Shown here in pieces: positions 1-11,279 of a stretch of DNA of 64,000 nucleotides; within the stretch, counting starts at the first letter, position 1, and the number at the start of each line of letters is the position of its first letter. Under the pieces are notes generated by a model. It saw only the letters and a program-made list of their open reading frames with translations. It did no database searches and was not told the origin of the DNA. A program made the position numbers and the translations under genes. This DNA is from Malacoraja senta. Its lineage: Eukaryota. The DNA is taken from contig CM075978.1 of the NCBI GenBank assembly GCA_038087875.1, positions 161,386,001 to 161,450,000 of the forward strand, read 5' to 3'.

Positions 1-1102
1 TGCCACTTTTTATTGTTGAATTATATCTCTTTGATGTTTGCCTACAAGAATTACCTCAGGATTCTTCCACACGGCAGTCATTAACTGCCTTTTCTATTGT
101 TGCAATAGCACTTTGCAAGCTACAGCACACTATTTTCACATGGTTAGAGATGCCTGGTTAAAAAGGAAGCAGATCACAAACAATAGTAAACATATTGAAA
201 GATGTCAGTTGTTCAGCTGCATTTAATAACGTGTTATCTAGTGCCTACTTATTCAGGGTCCAAAGAGCCAACTATCTAGACTCCCAAACGTGAAGATTAC
301 CTTCATTTGAAACATCATTTGCATAAATGCTTACAGAAGGTAAATAATAATTAACATTAAATTCATGCTTCCTCAATGAAACAGACACAATCAAATTAAG
401 TATTAGCACTCATATGTATCTGCTTTTATATTTTCTCAACAAATTATTTGGCGAACTAGCGCAGTCTAGGTTAACCAAAAGTTTATTTTGACTGGAAAAT
501 ATTGGACTGCTAACATTTCTGGTGTACATTAGACATTCAGTAGCTATGATGAAACTCTGACTTCCTCATTTTACAGCTAATAATCTTTAATCATTTCATT
601 TTTAAAGTGAAATTGACAGATAAATACAGACAATCACAGAAATCTGGGTTGTCTCTTCTGTTGCCACTTATGAATGACTTTAGTACCTAGGTAATCACAT
701 TAATCCAGAGGTGGAATATTTTACCGAAACCAATAACCCTGTTTAACGGGCATCTTTCATCTCTATTTCTCCTTTGAATCAATCTAATTCTACTGCCAAA
801 GTATGGAGTAATAGAGACATACACAACCAAAATGTTGTTATTAAATAATGCTGGTGTTGTGTTACTTTGTGCTCTTGCTGATTGCAGAAAATGGGGACAT
901 CTCATTTCTACTGCATCAAACGAAGGACTGAAATGTATACTGTAGTTTAGATTTCTGCCGTTGCTATTAAAGATTTATGTTTCAAAGATTTATAATTTCA
1001 AGCAACTGAGCTAAATGTTGGTGCAGAAATGCAACTCTGCAGGGAAGAGGAAGTTTCAGGATTCGTGTAATTGAGGCCATGCATCATGAACTTGGCACTT
1101 AC

Positions 1103-1303
1103 CGCCATGATGAGTTTTTCGACACAGTCAGGAGCCACGCTGTGCAGGTGAGTCAGGTGGAGCTGCAGGTGGATCTTGTTGTTGAGCATATCCTGACAGA
1201 GAGGGCAGCGCAACATCGGCTGCACGGAATGCTGCGATAATACATGCATCCTGATGCGGTTTACGTCAGAGTTGCTATACTTGCAGTATGGACATTGATA
1301 CAT
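1103..1303 (-). CDS. ZFHX3: ZFHX3 (ATBF1) internal coding exon with two C2H2 zinc fingers: [67 protein letters not shown]
   Basis: 201 nt, phase 0/0. Acceptor ttctcattcacccgtAG|ATG, donor GCG|GTAAGT. Two CxxC-x12-H-x4-H fingers. Peptide is recognisably the ZFHX3 segment [52 protein letters not shown]. Confidence 0.95.
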
Positions 1304-1624
1304 CTACGGGTGAATGAGAAAACAAATTCAAACTTTTCCACGACACTTTTGCAAATACCATCAAACAACATTTCCTCACGTGTTTTATCTTGCAATTTTA
1401 CATGAATGCACCTTTTGCCTTTATAACACCATCAAATACATCCATCATCTAATTCACACAGAGAGAGGCAAACAACATGTTCCTGGGATTTTTAGTTTTA
1501 CTTTAGTTTACAGACTTCCAAGGAGAGTAATAGAGAATTCTTGACAATTTCTTTCAAAAGATCCCTTCCTAAAATATAAACACCCAGTATTTTCTTCTTA
1601 GCCATCTTATCAGAGTGACACAAT

Positions 1625-1941
1625 GTTTAGTTTAGTTTAGTTTACAGTGCGGAATCGGGCCCTTCGGCCCACCGAGGGCGCACCGACCAGCGATCCCCAC
1701 ACATTAACACTATCCTACACACTCTAGGGACAATTTACACTTATACCAAGCCAATTAGCCTACAAATCTGTATGTCTTTGGAGTGTGGGAGGAAACCGAA
1801 GATCTCTGAGAAAACCCATGCGATCACAGGGAGAACGTACGACTCCATACAGACTGCATCCGTAGTCGAGAACGAACCTGGGTCTCCAGCGCTGCAAGCA
1901 GTATAAGGCAGCAAATCTACCGCTGCACCACCGTGCCGCCC
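1625..1941 (-). mobile_element. tRNA-derived V-SINE (HE1-like), full length
   Basis: On the minus strand: GGCGGCACGGTGGTGCAGCGGTAG head (A-box), GGTTCG B-box-like motif, central GGTTTCCTCCCACACTCCAAAGAC domain, CR1-like 3' end GGGCCGAAGGGCC, (AAACT)n tail. Confidence 0.85.
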
Positions 1942-2674
1942 AAACATTATCGGTATTTGCTACATTACTTACAAAATATCATTTTTATTTGTTGCTTAAT
2001 TGAGCTGGATTGTGCTTCCTCAGCTATTTATCTTTTGCATTTCCGCCATCCCTGAATTCCCTCTACCTCACTGGGAAGAAGATGCATTTTCTTCAGATTT
2101 TTGGTCTGTCTGATAGCGCTGCCTTTTTGTTCCCTGTTGAATTATGCTCACTTACTGAAACACTGCTCCAGTCTAAATTAAGGAATTGCAGACTGTGCTA
2201 TCATGGTGAGCTTTGGCCTCCGAATACTGGTTGTCATGCAGCCAGGTACAGCTGCAAAACAAATGGGTAAGGCTCAGAGGACAGATGATTAATTGAGCTG
2301 TCCTAGGAACTGATTATTTGATATTGGAAGAAGAAGAATTGCAGTTTTATTCAACTGCTTTAGATTGTTCTGAAATACTTTAAAGTAATTATAGAATCAC
2401 AAAATTATACTCATCCTGTTGTAACTATGCTGGTGTCTACTCTTCAACTGGAGACGTCCCGTCTTCCTTCATACAATTTCCTATCATTTTATTCAGATCC
2501 CTTCTGGATTTACTCTGGAGCAAATTACTATGAAACCTGGAAATTTGGCAGATATTTTAAATGCAGCCATATCCTAGAAATAACAATAGATGAAGGGCTA
2601 ATTAATTTCATGAAGCTGGTGGCAGAAGGAAGAATATTGACCAGGATGCTGAGAAACACATTGCTATCTGTTAT

Positions 2675-2885
2675 AGACACAAAAAGCTGGAGTAACTCAG
2701 CGGGACAGGCAGCATCACTAGAGAGAAGGAATGGGTGACGTTTCAGGTCGAGTCTGAAGAAGGGTCTCGACCTGAAACGTCATCCATTCCTTCTTTCCAG
2801 AGATGCTGCCTGTCCCGCTGAGTTACTCCAGATTTTTGTGTCTATCTTCAGTTTAAACCAGCATCTGCATTTCCTTCCTACACAC
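2675..2885 (+). mobile_element. Penelope-like pseudo-LTR fragment with inverted 5' copy (fold-back) and 14-bp TSD
   Basis: Left arm 2675-2751 is the reverse complement of ~2765-2843. Flanks are TTGCTATCTGTTAT (2661-2674) and TTGCTAACTGTTAT (2886-2899). Confidence 0.8.
2754..2781 (+). ncRNA. Minimal type I hammerhead ribozyme-like motif in Penelope pseudo-LTR
   Basis: CUGAAGA-A-GGGUC UC GACCU-GAAAC-GUC: both conserved core boxes, helix II, palindromic ACGU helix III and GUC cleavage triplet. Helix I is very short. Confidence 0.6.
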
Positions 2886-3019
2886 TTGCTAACTGTTATG
2901 TAAGGTTAAGGATCCTCACGGTTCATCTCCGGAACAAGTAATAAAACATTTAGCTTTATATCCAATTTCAGGACCAAAATGGATGATGAATTATTTTAAA
3001 CGTATGGTATGGGCTGAGG

Positions 3020-3168
3020 TAAGGTCATAAGGTCATAAGTAATAGGAGTAGAATGCCGTTCGGCCCATCAAGTCTACTCTGCCATTCAACCATGGCTGAT
3101 CTATCTCTCCCTCCTAACCCCATTTTCCTGCCTTCTCCCCGTAACCTCTGACACCTGTACTAATCAGG
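3020..3168 (-). mobile_element. CR1 LINE 3' end fragment
   Basis: (CTTATGAC)n-type tail and 3' UTR hairpin; same subfamily as 16016-16398 and 19853-20238. Confidence 0.75.
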
Positions 3169-3808
3169 AAGAATTACCAGAATTAGAAGGTCTAAGGGCT
3201 GAAAATCAGCATAAAATAACGACAGTGTGGGTATATTGTAGGGACACCTGCGCACAAAAAGAACAGATCAATGGTCAATGTTCCAGTTACAGAGTCTACC
3301 ATAGTGTCCCATCCAAAGTAAGAACAGTAAGTAATGGTTTACACATGATGGATTCATCTATTCACCATCTCCCTTCCAATACCAATGGAGCCATTATATA
3401 CTCCCAGCATTATACACTCTTGAGTTGTAAAAATAAGCTCAACTCTACGAGAACAAAAAAGATGCAATGGCTAAGAAGGGATGGTACTTTGAGCCCTTAG
3501 GCAAAAAAGATGTAATTTATTAAGGAGGATGACATCGGAAAAGTCAACAGGAACCAGATACAGTGTATGTCTTTACCAGAGCGGGTGCTGAGGGAAATGT
3601 GTCAAATGGTATCGGACTTTCAGTTGGTACAGCTGAGGATAAAAGTCTCAAGCTGCTTCAGAAGTAAAGATAATGTAAACTGATGTATAAGAAGGAAAAT
3701 TATAATAATTATGCATGGAGAAATGAACTAAGGATACTGCAAACGCACAGAAACCGAAGAGCAGCTTGTGATTTCTCTCGCGTCCCAATAGGTATCCTTG
3801 ATATCTAC

Positions 3809-3933
3809 CTGTTCTGGACTTGGTTCTTCTGATGGTCGAGGCCTTTTTGAAGAAAGAGGGGATTCCATGCTATCAGGTAGTGATGATCGTTTTGTAGATG
3901 CTGAGTCCTGTTGTTCCTTGTCTCCTACAGATA
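3809..3933 (-). CDS. ZFHX3: ZFHX3 coding exon (V)SVGDKEQQDSASTKRSSLPDSMESPLSSKRPRPSEEPSPEQ
   Basis: Acceptor tctccctttgattacAG (phase 1), with an alternative in-frame AG giving a start at 3924. Donor CAG|GTAGAT is phase 0 and joins in frame to the next exon (PEQ|MYQCPYC). ESPLSSKRP..EE..PEQ matches ZFHX3. Confidence 0.9.
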
Positions 3934-4229
3934 CTGTAATCAAAGGGAGAATTTAAGTTTAAGACCGTCATTCCATTTAATAATACATATAATCAACTAG
4001 GTCCTGACGTTGTGATGTGAGCAGACAAAAATACAATATCTGTTAGTTGAGAAAAATAGAGATCTATCCAGCAACCACAATTTATGAAACAAACCTCTTT
4101 CACTAAAAATGACAAAATCTCAAGGCATTTTGATTATAAAACATGTTTAATTCTAACTAGTTAATCTAAAATAAATAAATGCAGTTTAATTCTGTGAAAT
4201 GATTTGTTATGATATGTGGTTCCAAAGAG

Positions 4230-5240
4230 TCACCGCCCGCAAGAAAAACTATTGGCAAATTTCTATCTTAAATGTGTGACCCCCAACTTTTAAACAGCGA
4301 TGGTTAGTCTTCATACACCCAGAAAAGAAAACATATTCTTCACATTCACCCGATCAAGATCCTAAAGGGCCTGTCCCACTTATGCGATTTTTTCGGCGAC
4401 TTGCCGGCACCCATCATAGTCGCAGCAGGTCGCAGAAGATTTTCAAAATGTTGAAAATCCAATGGCGACCAGAAAAAGGTACAACTCTTTGGGCGACTAC
4501 TAACGACCATACAGGTGACACCCTGGCGACGTGTCGCGTGACGACGCCTGTATGGTCGTGAGTAGTCGCCCAAAAAGTCGTACCTTTTTCTGGTCGCCAC
4601 TGGATTTTCAACATTTTGACAATTTTCGGCGACCTGCTTTGACTATGACGGGTGCTGGCAAGTCGCCTAAAAAATTGCGTAAGTGGGACAGTCCCTTAAG
4701 GATCTTGCATATATTTCAATCCACATCATCTCTCACTCTTCTAAACTCCAGCAAATATAAGCAAAGTCTGATGTGACACCTCACACATTCCAGGTATTAG
4801 TCTAGTAAACCTTCTCTGAACTGCTTCTAAATAATTTACATTCTTCTGCAAATAAGTAGGCCGATATAATACATAATATTTCAAATGAGGTTTCACCAAC
4901 AAATTATACAACTGAAACAAAACCTCCCTAATATTGAATTCATTTCCCTTGAGAATAAACAGTAACATTCTGTAGGCTCTTCGAATTAATTGCTATATCT
5001 GCACACAAATTTATTGCGAATTGTGTGTTTTTATTTTCCTTGCTAAAATAGACAATTTCACAAATTTGCACATTATACTCCAATTGCAAATTGTTTACCT
5101 GCACCTCCCTGCTCCCATCTAACCTTTCATTATCCATGAGTAGCTTCCTTTGAAAAGAACTTCCCCATCTCTTTTATCTAAGTCATCTATTTACATTTTT
5201 TTAAACTGAAATCCCAGGACTGATCCCTGTGACTTACAAA
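4230..5240 (-). mobile_element. Old CR1 LINE ORF2 3' fragment, interrupted by a MITE
   Basis: Minus-strand translation LYNLLVKPHLKYYV..YLQKNVNYLEAVQRRFTRLIPGM matches the CR1 motif LY..LVRPHLEY..LE.VQRRFTR.IPG. Confidence 0.8.
4366..4696. mobile_element. PIF/Harbinger-type MITE, near-complete palindrome (331 bp)
   Basis: TIR AGGGCCTGTCCCACTTA / TAAGTGGGACAGTCCCT. 3-bp TSD TAA at 4363-4365 and 4697-4699. Arms complementary almost to the centre. Confidence 0.85.
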
Positions 5241-5597
5241 ACATTTTATCTTGCTAAATACAAAAGGTTTACGTTTATTATGGTCACTTGTTATTGTACA
5301 GTGAATAGATTTCTTTTGAATGCTATTCAATCAGATCAGATAATGCTATACATAAAAAACAATCAGGTCAAACTCATGTACAATAGGTAGGGCAAGGGGA
5401 AGATACAGAGTGCAGAATATAGTTCTCAGCATTGTAGCACAACAGTTCCATAGAGAAACTCCAATGTCCACAATGGGGTAAAGGTGAAGTGAACAGTACA
5501 TAAGTTTATGGAAGGACTGTTTAATAAGATGCATTTTTGCCTAAACACTGTCTCCTGTTACCCAGTCAATTTTCTATGCACACCAACATAACATCCC

Positions 5598-6100
5598 ATC
5601 GTCATAGAGCGATACAGAAATAGGACATTTGGCCCAACTTGTCATAGCTGACCAAGTTGCTTTGTCAAAGTGATCTCACTTGCCTTTTGCCTGGCCCATA
5701 TCCCTCCAAATCTTTCCTATCCATATACCTGTTCAGTGTCTTTTAAATGTTGTAATTGTATCCACCTCTATCACTTCCTCTGGCAGCTTGGTCCATATCC
5801 GCATCACCCTCTGTGTGAAAAACCTGGCCGTCAGGTCCTTTTAAAATCTTTTCCCTCTTATGTTGAACCTAATATATGTCTATTAGCTTATTATGACGCT
5901 CCTCAGCCACCTCACTTCAAGGAAAATGCCCCAGCCTTTCCAGCTTCTTATAGCTCAAACCCTTCAGATCTGGTACATCTTGGAAATCACTTTTTCACCC
6001 TCCTAAATTATGGCTTTTGTTTTTCACATTAACCTTTAGTGTGGGACTTTATTAGATGCCTTCTGGAAATGTAACTATAGTACTGTATACCCAACAGTTC
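5598..6100 (-). mobile_element. Degraded CR1 LINE 3' fragment
   Basis: Reverse-strand CR1 3' motifs (ggcccatatccctc, caccctctgtgtgaaaaa, aatgccttctggaaat-like). Confidence 0.65.
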
Positions 6101-6107
6101 ACCTTTC

Positions 6108-6726
6108 CTGGTCCGAGAACACTGATGCCATTATTAAGAAAGCACATCAGCGCCTCTACTTCCTGAGAAGATTACGGAGAGTCGGTTTGTCAAGGAGGAC
6201 TCTCTCTAACTTCTACAGGTGCACAGTAGAGAGCATGCTGACCGGTTGCATCGTGGCTTGGTTCGGCAACTTGAGCGCCCTGGAGAGGAAAGACTACAAA
6301 AAGTAGTAAACACTGCCCAGTCCATCATCGGCTCTGACCTCCCTTCCATCGAGGGGATCTATCACAGTCGCTGCCTCAAAAAGGCTGGCAGCATCATCAA
6401 GGACCCACACCATCCTGGCCACACACTCATCTCCCTACTACCTTCAGGTGGAAGGTACAGGAGCCTGAAGACTGCAACGACCAGGTTCAGGAACAGCTAC
6501 TTCCCCACAGCCATCAGGCTATTAAACCTGGCTCGGACATAACACTGAACTTTATTAGCCAATTCTGTTATTTGCACTTTATCAGTATATTGATTCATGT
6601 GTGTATATACTTATAAAATGCCTTGTAGTCAATGCCTACTATGTTCTGTTGTGCTGAAGCAAAGCAAGAATTTCATTGTCCTATCAGGGACACATGACAA
6701 TAAACTCACTTGACTTGACTTGACTC
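6108..6726 (+). mobile_element. Rex1/Babar-type LINE 3' fragment (end of RT ORF and 3' UTR)
   Basis: Translates WSENTDAIIKKAHQRLYFLRRLRR..NFYRCTVESMLTGCIVAWFGN / RLQKVVNTAQSIIG..IIKDPHHPGH..LLPSGGRYRS..TTRFRNSYFPTAIRLLN with one frameshift. Ends with AATAAA and a (CTTGA)n tail. Confidence 0.9.
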
Positions 6727-6744
6727 ATCAACAGCACATTACTT

Positions 6745-7030
6745 GATTGGAATTGGTTTTAATTGATTGGAAGATACGGCCCAGAAATTCTTTGGCCCAC
6801 CGAGTCCACGCCGACCATTGGTCACCCGTTCACACTAGTTTTTTGTTCTCCCACTTTCGCATCCATTCCCTGCACACTCGGCCAATCAACCTACAAGCCT
6901 TTAGGATGTGCGGGGAAACCGGAGCACCCAGAGAAAACCCACACGGTCACAGGGAGAATATGCATACTTCATATAGGCAGCAATCGTGGTGAGGATCAAA
7001 CCTGGGTCACTGGCGCTATGAAGCAACTCT
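6745..7030 (-). mobile_element. V-SINE copy, diverged
   Basis: Homologous to 1625-1941 (ggaaaccggagcacccagagaaaacccacacggtcacagggagaa). Confidence 0.75.
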
Positions 7031-7039
7031 TCCAGCAAA

Positions 7040-7900
7040 GAATTCCAATAAATGAGTCAAACATGAGTATCTTTTAATAGAACCATGTTGACTTTGTCCT
7101 TCAGTGACATCTAACATTTCCCTTATAATAGATGTTAAGCTAACCAGCCTGCACTTTTTTGCTTTCTATTCCCCTTCTTTAAAATAAAGGAATACATACA
7201 TTATTTCGCAAACTAATGGAACCTTGGCTGCATCCAGGGAATTTGAGAAAATTAAACACAATACATCAAATATTTTACCAGCTCATTTTAAGATCTGAGG
7301 ATGGAGCCCATGTGGACCTGGTATAGTGAAAGCCTGCAGCTCCAACTGTTTGCTCAGTGCCACTTCAATGGCTCTGTAATTTTCCTGAGTCTTTCCCTCC
7401 CTTTCAATTCCTGATTTACAACTACGTCTGGAATGTTACTTTTATCTTTTTTCATGAAGAATTGTGGAAAATACCTCTTTAGATCATCAGCCAACTTATT
7501 TACCAGTATTAATTCTCTATAGGACACTTTGTTAACTCTTTTCAACTATCTCCACAATCTCTTCCCATCTGTTTTTTGCTGCTAGCTATTTCTCATGCTC
7601 CCATTATTTCCTTCCGTATTAATTTTTTAACCATTTGAATTGTTCTTTTACATTCTGTCCGATCTTCTGACTTGGGCCTTGTCTTTGCACAATTGTATGT
7701 TTTTTTAAAAGTCAAATACAAGCTTTAAATTTAGTTAACTGCAGAGGATGGGCTTTTCCTTTGGAATTTTTTTGTCTCATTGGAATGCATCCATTTTGTG
7801 TATTCTAAAAATGCCTTTAATTCTCTGGCAATATCGCGATTGACCGATTACTTAATCTAATTTACTAATTCACTTTAGCTGGTTCTGCTTTCATGTTCTC
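7040..7900 (-). mobile_element. Highly degraded CR1 ORF2 fragment
   Basis: Patchy CR1-like motifs (gatgttaagctaaccagcctg, tccagggaatt, ggatggagcccatgtggacctgg). Confidence 0.5.
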
Positions 7901-8355
7901 AGACTCCATAATCATGAATTGAATTTAAAGATGATATATTTATAGATGATGAACTGACAGTTAAAAATGCTTATATACACATATTTACATTCCTATTCTA
8001 GTAGAGTAACTCTATATTAATTGGAATAAACCACAAGGCCTGTAATTTCACATACGGCAAAATATTACATTTCCCTGACAAGTATACCAAAATATTGTCC
8101 TGTACTTCAATGAACACTGACAGAAATTATTCATTCATGCTCGTTAATGGCCGTCTCTGAAGTCAATCCAGTTGTTGATGATTCAAAAACAGCAATAAAT
8201 TGAAAATCATTTAGTGTACAAATGTAATTACATGAGATTGCATTGGATATATGACGCAAAAACAGGTCATTCAGCCCAACCAGTCCATGCCTGTATTAAT
8301 GTTCCACTTGAAATGTTCCACTTTAAAATCCATTAGCGTAAATCTTATTTGCTTG

Positions 8356-8537
8356 GATAGACACAAAATGCTGGAGTAACTCGGCGTGCATCTCTGGATA
8401 GAAGGAATGGCAGCATCTCTGGAGAGAAGAAATGGGATAGAAGCAACTGTCCAGAGATGCTGCCTGTCCCGCTGAGATACTCCAGCATTTTGAGTGTATC
8501 TTCGGTGTAAACCAGCATCTGCAGTTTCTTCCTGCAC
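8356..8537 (+). mobile_element. Penelope-like pseudo-LTR fold-back insertion, core deleted, 12-bp TSD
   Basis: Inverted arms AGACACAAAATGCTGGAGTAACTC / GAGATACTCCAGCATTTTGAGTGTATC. TSD CTTATTTGCTTG at 8344-8355 and 8538-8549. Confidence 0.8.
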
Positions 8538-9402
8538 CTTATTTGCTTGTCCAGCCTCCTTTTAAATGAATCTATGCTATTTGGTCCAATCTTTATAAAG
8601 TACTAAGCATGGCTGCACCAAATTCACTTTGGATAATGACATTTCTGTTAAATTCCCTAAATTAGTTCTTGATCACTGGCTTATATTGACGAGTTGTAGC
8701 TTTGCTGGTCCCCTCAAGTTCTCCCTGTGTCCACCCTTTCAGAACTTTATATCACTTTGGAGACCTATTGTTGGAAAAGAGACCTGTGTTCATTCTTTCT
8801 GGGTATTATCATTGTAAATCTTCTATACATCCTCTCCGTTACCTCTACTTTCCTCTTCATTCCATGGTGACCAAAATTGCATGCAATATTATAAGTCTGT
8901 TTTATCCATGATTCAAACAAAGTTTGGTTTATATTCCCTACCATTCAACTCTGTTCTACTAGTGCTTGATTTGCTTGTATTTCAGCCATACTAAAGTTGT
9001 GCCACAGATCATTATGTGTGTGGGGTCAAGGAAAGAGTGTTCACGTCACAGCCCTGTTTCCACCAATCTTTCCACCACTACTCACAGAAGCACAAGATGC
9101 CATTGAATGCAAATGCCGAGAAGTGTGTTCAGCTCTGGCTGAACAATTTCTAATCTTGTGATGTGGACTCGATAAGAACTTCTGCAAAGCATTGCCGATA
9201 GCAATTAAGTACCCAACACAATCTATATGGGTGTGGCAACCTACAAGTAACAACTGCTGCTTTTGACCAACATTACATTTGCTGCAGCATTTTCCCCCCA
9301 AAATGAAACACATTTACAGATTTTAAAGAATTAACAGAGTTACTGGTTTCCAACTCTGATTACAGGTGTTACTCGTATTAAAGTTACAGAGATATTATAA
9401 GT

Positions 9403-9701
9403 TGGCGGTGGCGCAGCGGTAGAGTTGCTGCCTTATGGTGCTTACAATGCCAGACACCTGGGTTGAATCCCGAGTATGGGTGCTGCCTGTACAGAGTTTG
9501 TACATTTGCCCCGTGACCGAATGGGTTTTCTCCGAGATCTTTGGTTTCCTCCCACACTCCAAAGACCGACAGGTTTGTCGGTTAATTGGCTTAGTATAAC
9601 TGCAAATTGTCCTTAGTGTGTGTAGGATAGTGTTAATGTGCGGGGTTCACTAGTCGGTGTGGACTCGGTGGGCCCGTTTCCGCGCTGTATCTCTAAACTA
9701 A
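9403..9701 (+). mobile_element. V-SINE copy
   Basis: GGTGGCGCAGCGGTAGAG head, central domain, ctctaaactaaa tail. Confidence 0.85.
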
Positions 9702-10689
9702 ATTTGACTGTGGGCTCATTCCAAACATTTTAATCCTCACCCTCACCCGCTTCTCCACAAATATTATTCATCCATAAACTGATTACCGTTCTTTAATGTT
9801 TTAAATGAAGGGCTTCTCTGCTTCATCAGAACCATTGATATTTCTGAAATAACCAGGCTGTGACACCAGGTTTTACTCAATTGCCAAACGCTTGCCTAAC
9901 ACAATTGCTAAACCAATAATAAACCAATAATAGGCTCAACTTTTATCTGCGCTCCATTTTGCACGTACTATTTTCCTCATTCTTTGCTCTGCACGAGTGC
10001 ATCTCAAATTTGCTAGAATTGCCAAATTCACAAGCTCACCCTGACAAAACCGTCATTACTGTAAGCCAATTGATGTTCTTAATGTCTGAGGTTCTTCAGT
10101 GTGAACAGTGTGTGTTCTGTGAATGCTTCAGTCAATTAGGGAGGTCCAAATTTATGACATGAGGAACCCAAACAAAGATTGTACAGATTATTCAAGGGTT
10201 TTTCTAATACTGCCCAGCAACTTTCTATAAAACTCTGTTGCAACTCAGAGCCGATGGTCACATCATACAATTACTGTGGGAGCGTTAGTCTTAAATAGTA
10301 AGCATTGTTCATTACTGTTGTTAAATATATTACATGAAGGCTTGTACAGCACAAACTTTAAGAGCCTTCTGCTTTGTACCATATGCAGTTTGCTTGCAAA
10401 AATAAATTAACACAAGTTTATTTTTCCATCAAGCAAAGGCTACCTATTTTGTTCATTTGAAGAATAGACATTTGAAAATATTTTGTTCATGAAAATCAAG
10501 GGGAAATCACTCTAATCACTCTCATAATTGCAGTCATATCTTGTGCAAAGGATGTTTTGTTTTTTGGAGGTCAATCATTCCTGCATGGGTTCTTCACTGC
10601 CTTACAAAATCGCAAGTTGAGGGTGTGATGAATAACTTCATGTGTCTGGATAAGTGCTCAGTAACCTCAACACCATCCTGGACAAATCA

Positions 10690-10940
10690 AGCCTTTGATT
10701 GCACTTCCCACCAAGACACACTAGGGCATCAGGTGCATGGGAGCACAAGTACCTGCAGGCACCCTGCACTATTCTAACTTGTAAATATATCGCCAATCCT
10801 TCACTGTCAATGGGTTCAAATCCTGGAATTCTCTACTCAACACTGATGTGGGTGTACATCATCCGAAAGACCGAGGAGTTTCAAATGACATACCACTGCC
10901 TAGTCAAAGACAATTAGCAATGGGCAAAAACTGCTGGCTT
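10690..10940 (+). mobile_element. Old LINE (CR1/L2 group) 3' remnant
   Basis: Resembles a common chondrichthyan LINE 3' end (aaatatatcgcc..ccttcactgtc..gggttcaaatcctggaa..caattagcaatgggcaa). Confidence 0.45.
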
Positions 10941-11279
10941 TAAAATAAAAAGCCCAAAGTTCAACACTTGATACAGGCTAAATTAACCAATCCCAGAAAT
11001 GACAATGGAAGCACTTCAATTACGGCATTATAGCAAAGCAGTTATTTAACTGGCCATGTAATCCAGATGCTTGGATTAAAGATCTGGTGATATGAGTTCA
11101 AATCCCATTATCGGAAATTCAAATTCAGATAATTAAATAAATCGGGAGTAAAATTCTTGGAAAGAGATTTGTTTTCTGCTGCTTGCAATAAATACGCTCT
11201 ATAGGAGCTGCCACATGTTAGACTGCTTCTGCAATTTAGTTCCACTGACCTCAATCAGTACGAATTGGCAACAATACTT

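Noticed and set aside
1-1000. Next downstream ZFHX3 exon; donor-like GAG|GTAATT near position 54
   Set aside because: No ZFHX3-like peptide recognised in any minus frame; the next exon probably lies outside the window.
998-1102. ORF extension past the zinc-finger exon (VSAKFMMHG...)
   Set aside because: Begins at a consensus GTAAGT donor; intron read-through.
1890-1941. tRNA genes at SINE heads
   Set aside because: A/B boxes are present but continue into SINE body and tail; no complete cloverleaf.
6219-6542. 107-aa ORF as a host gene
   Set aside because: Frameshifted C-terminus of a Rex1/Babar LINE ORF.
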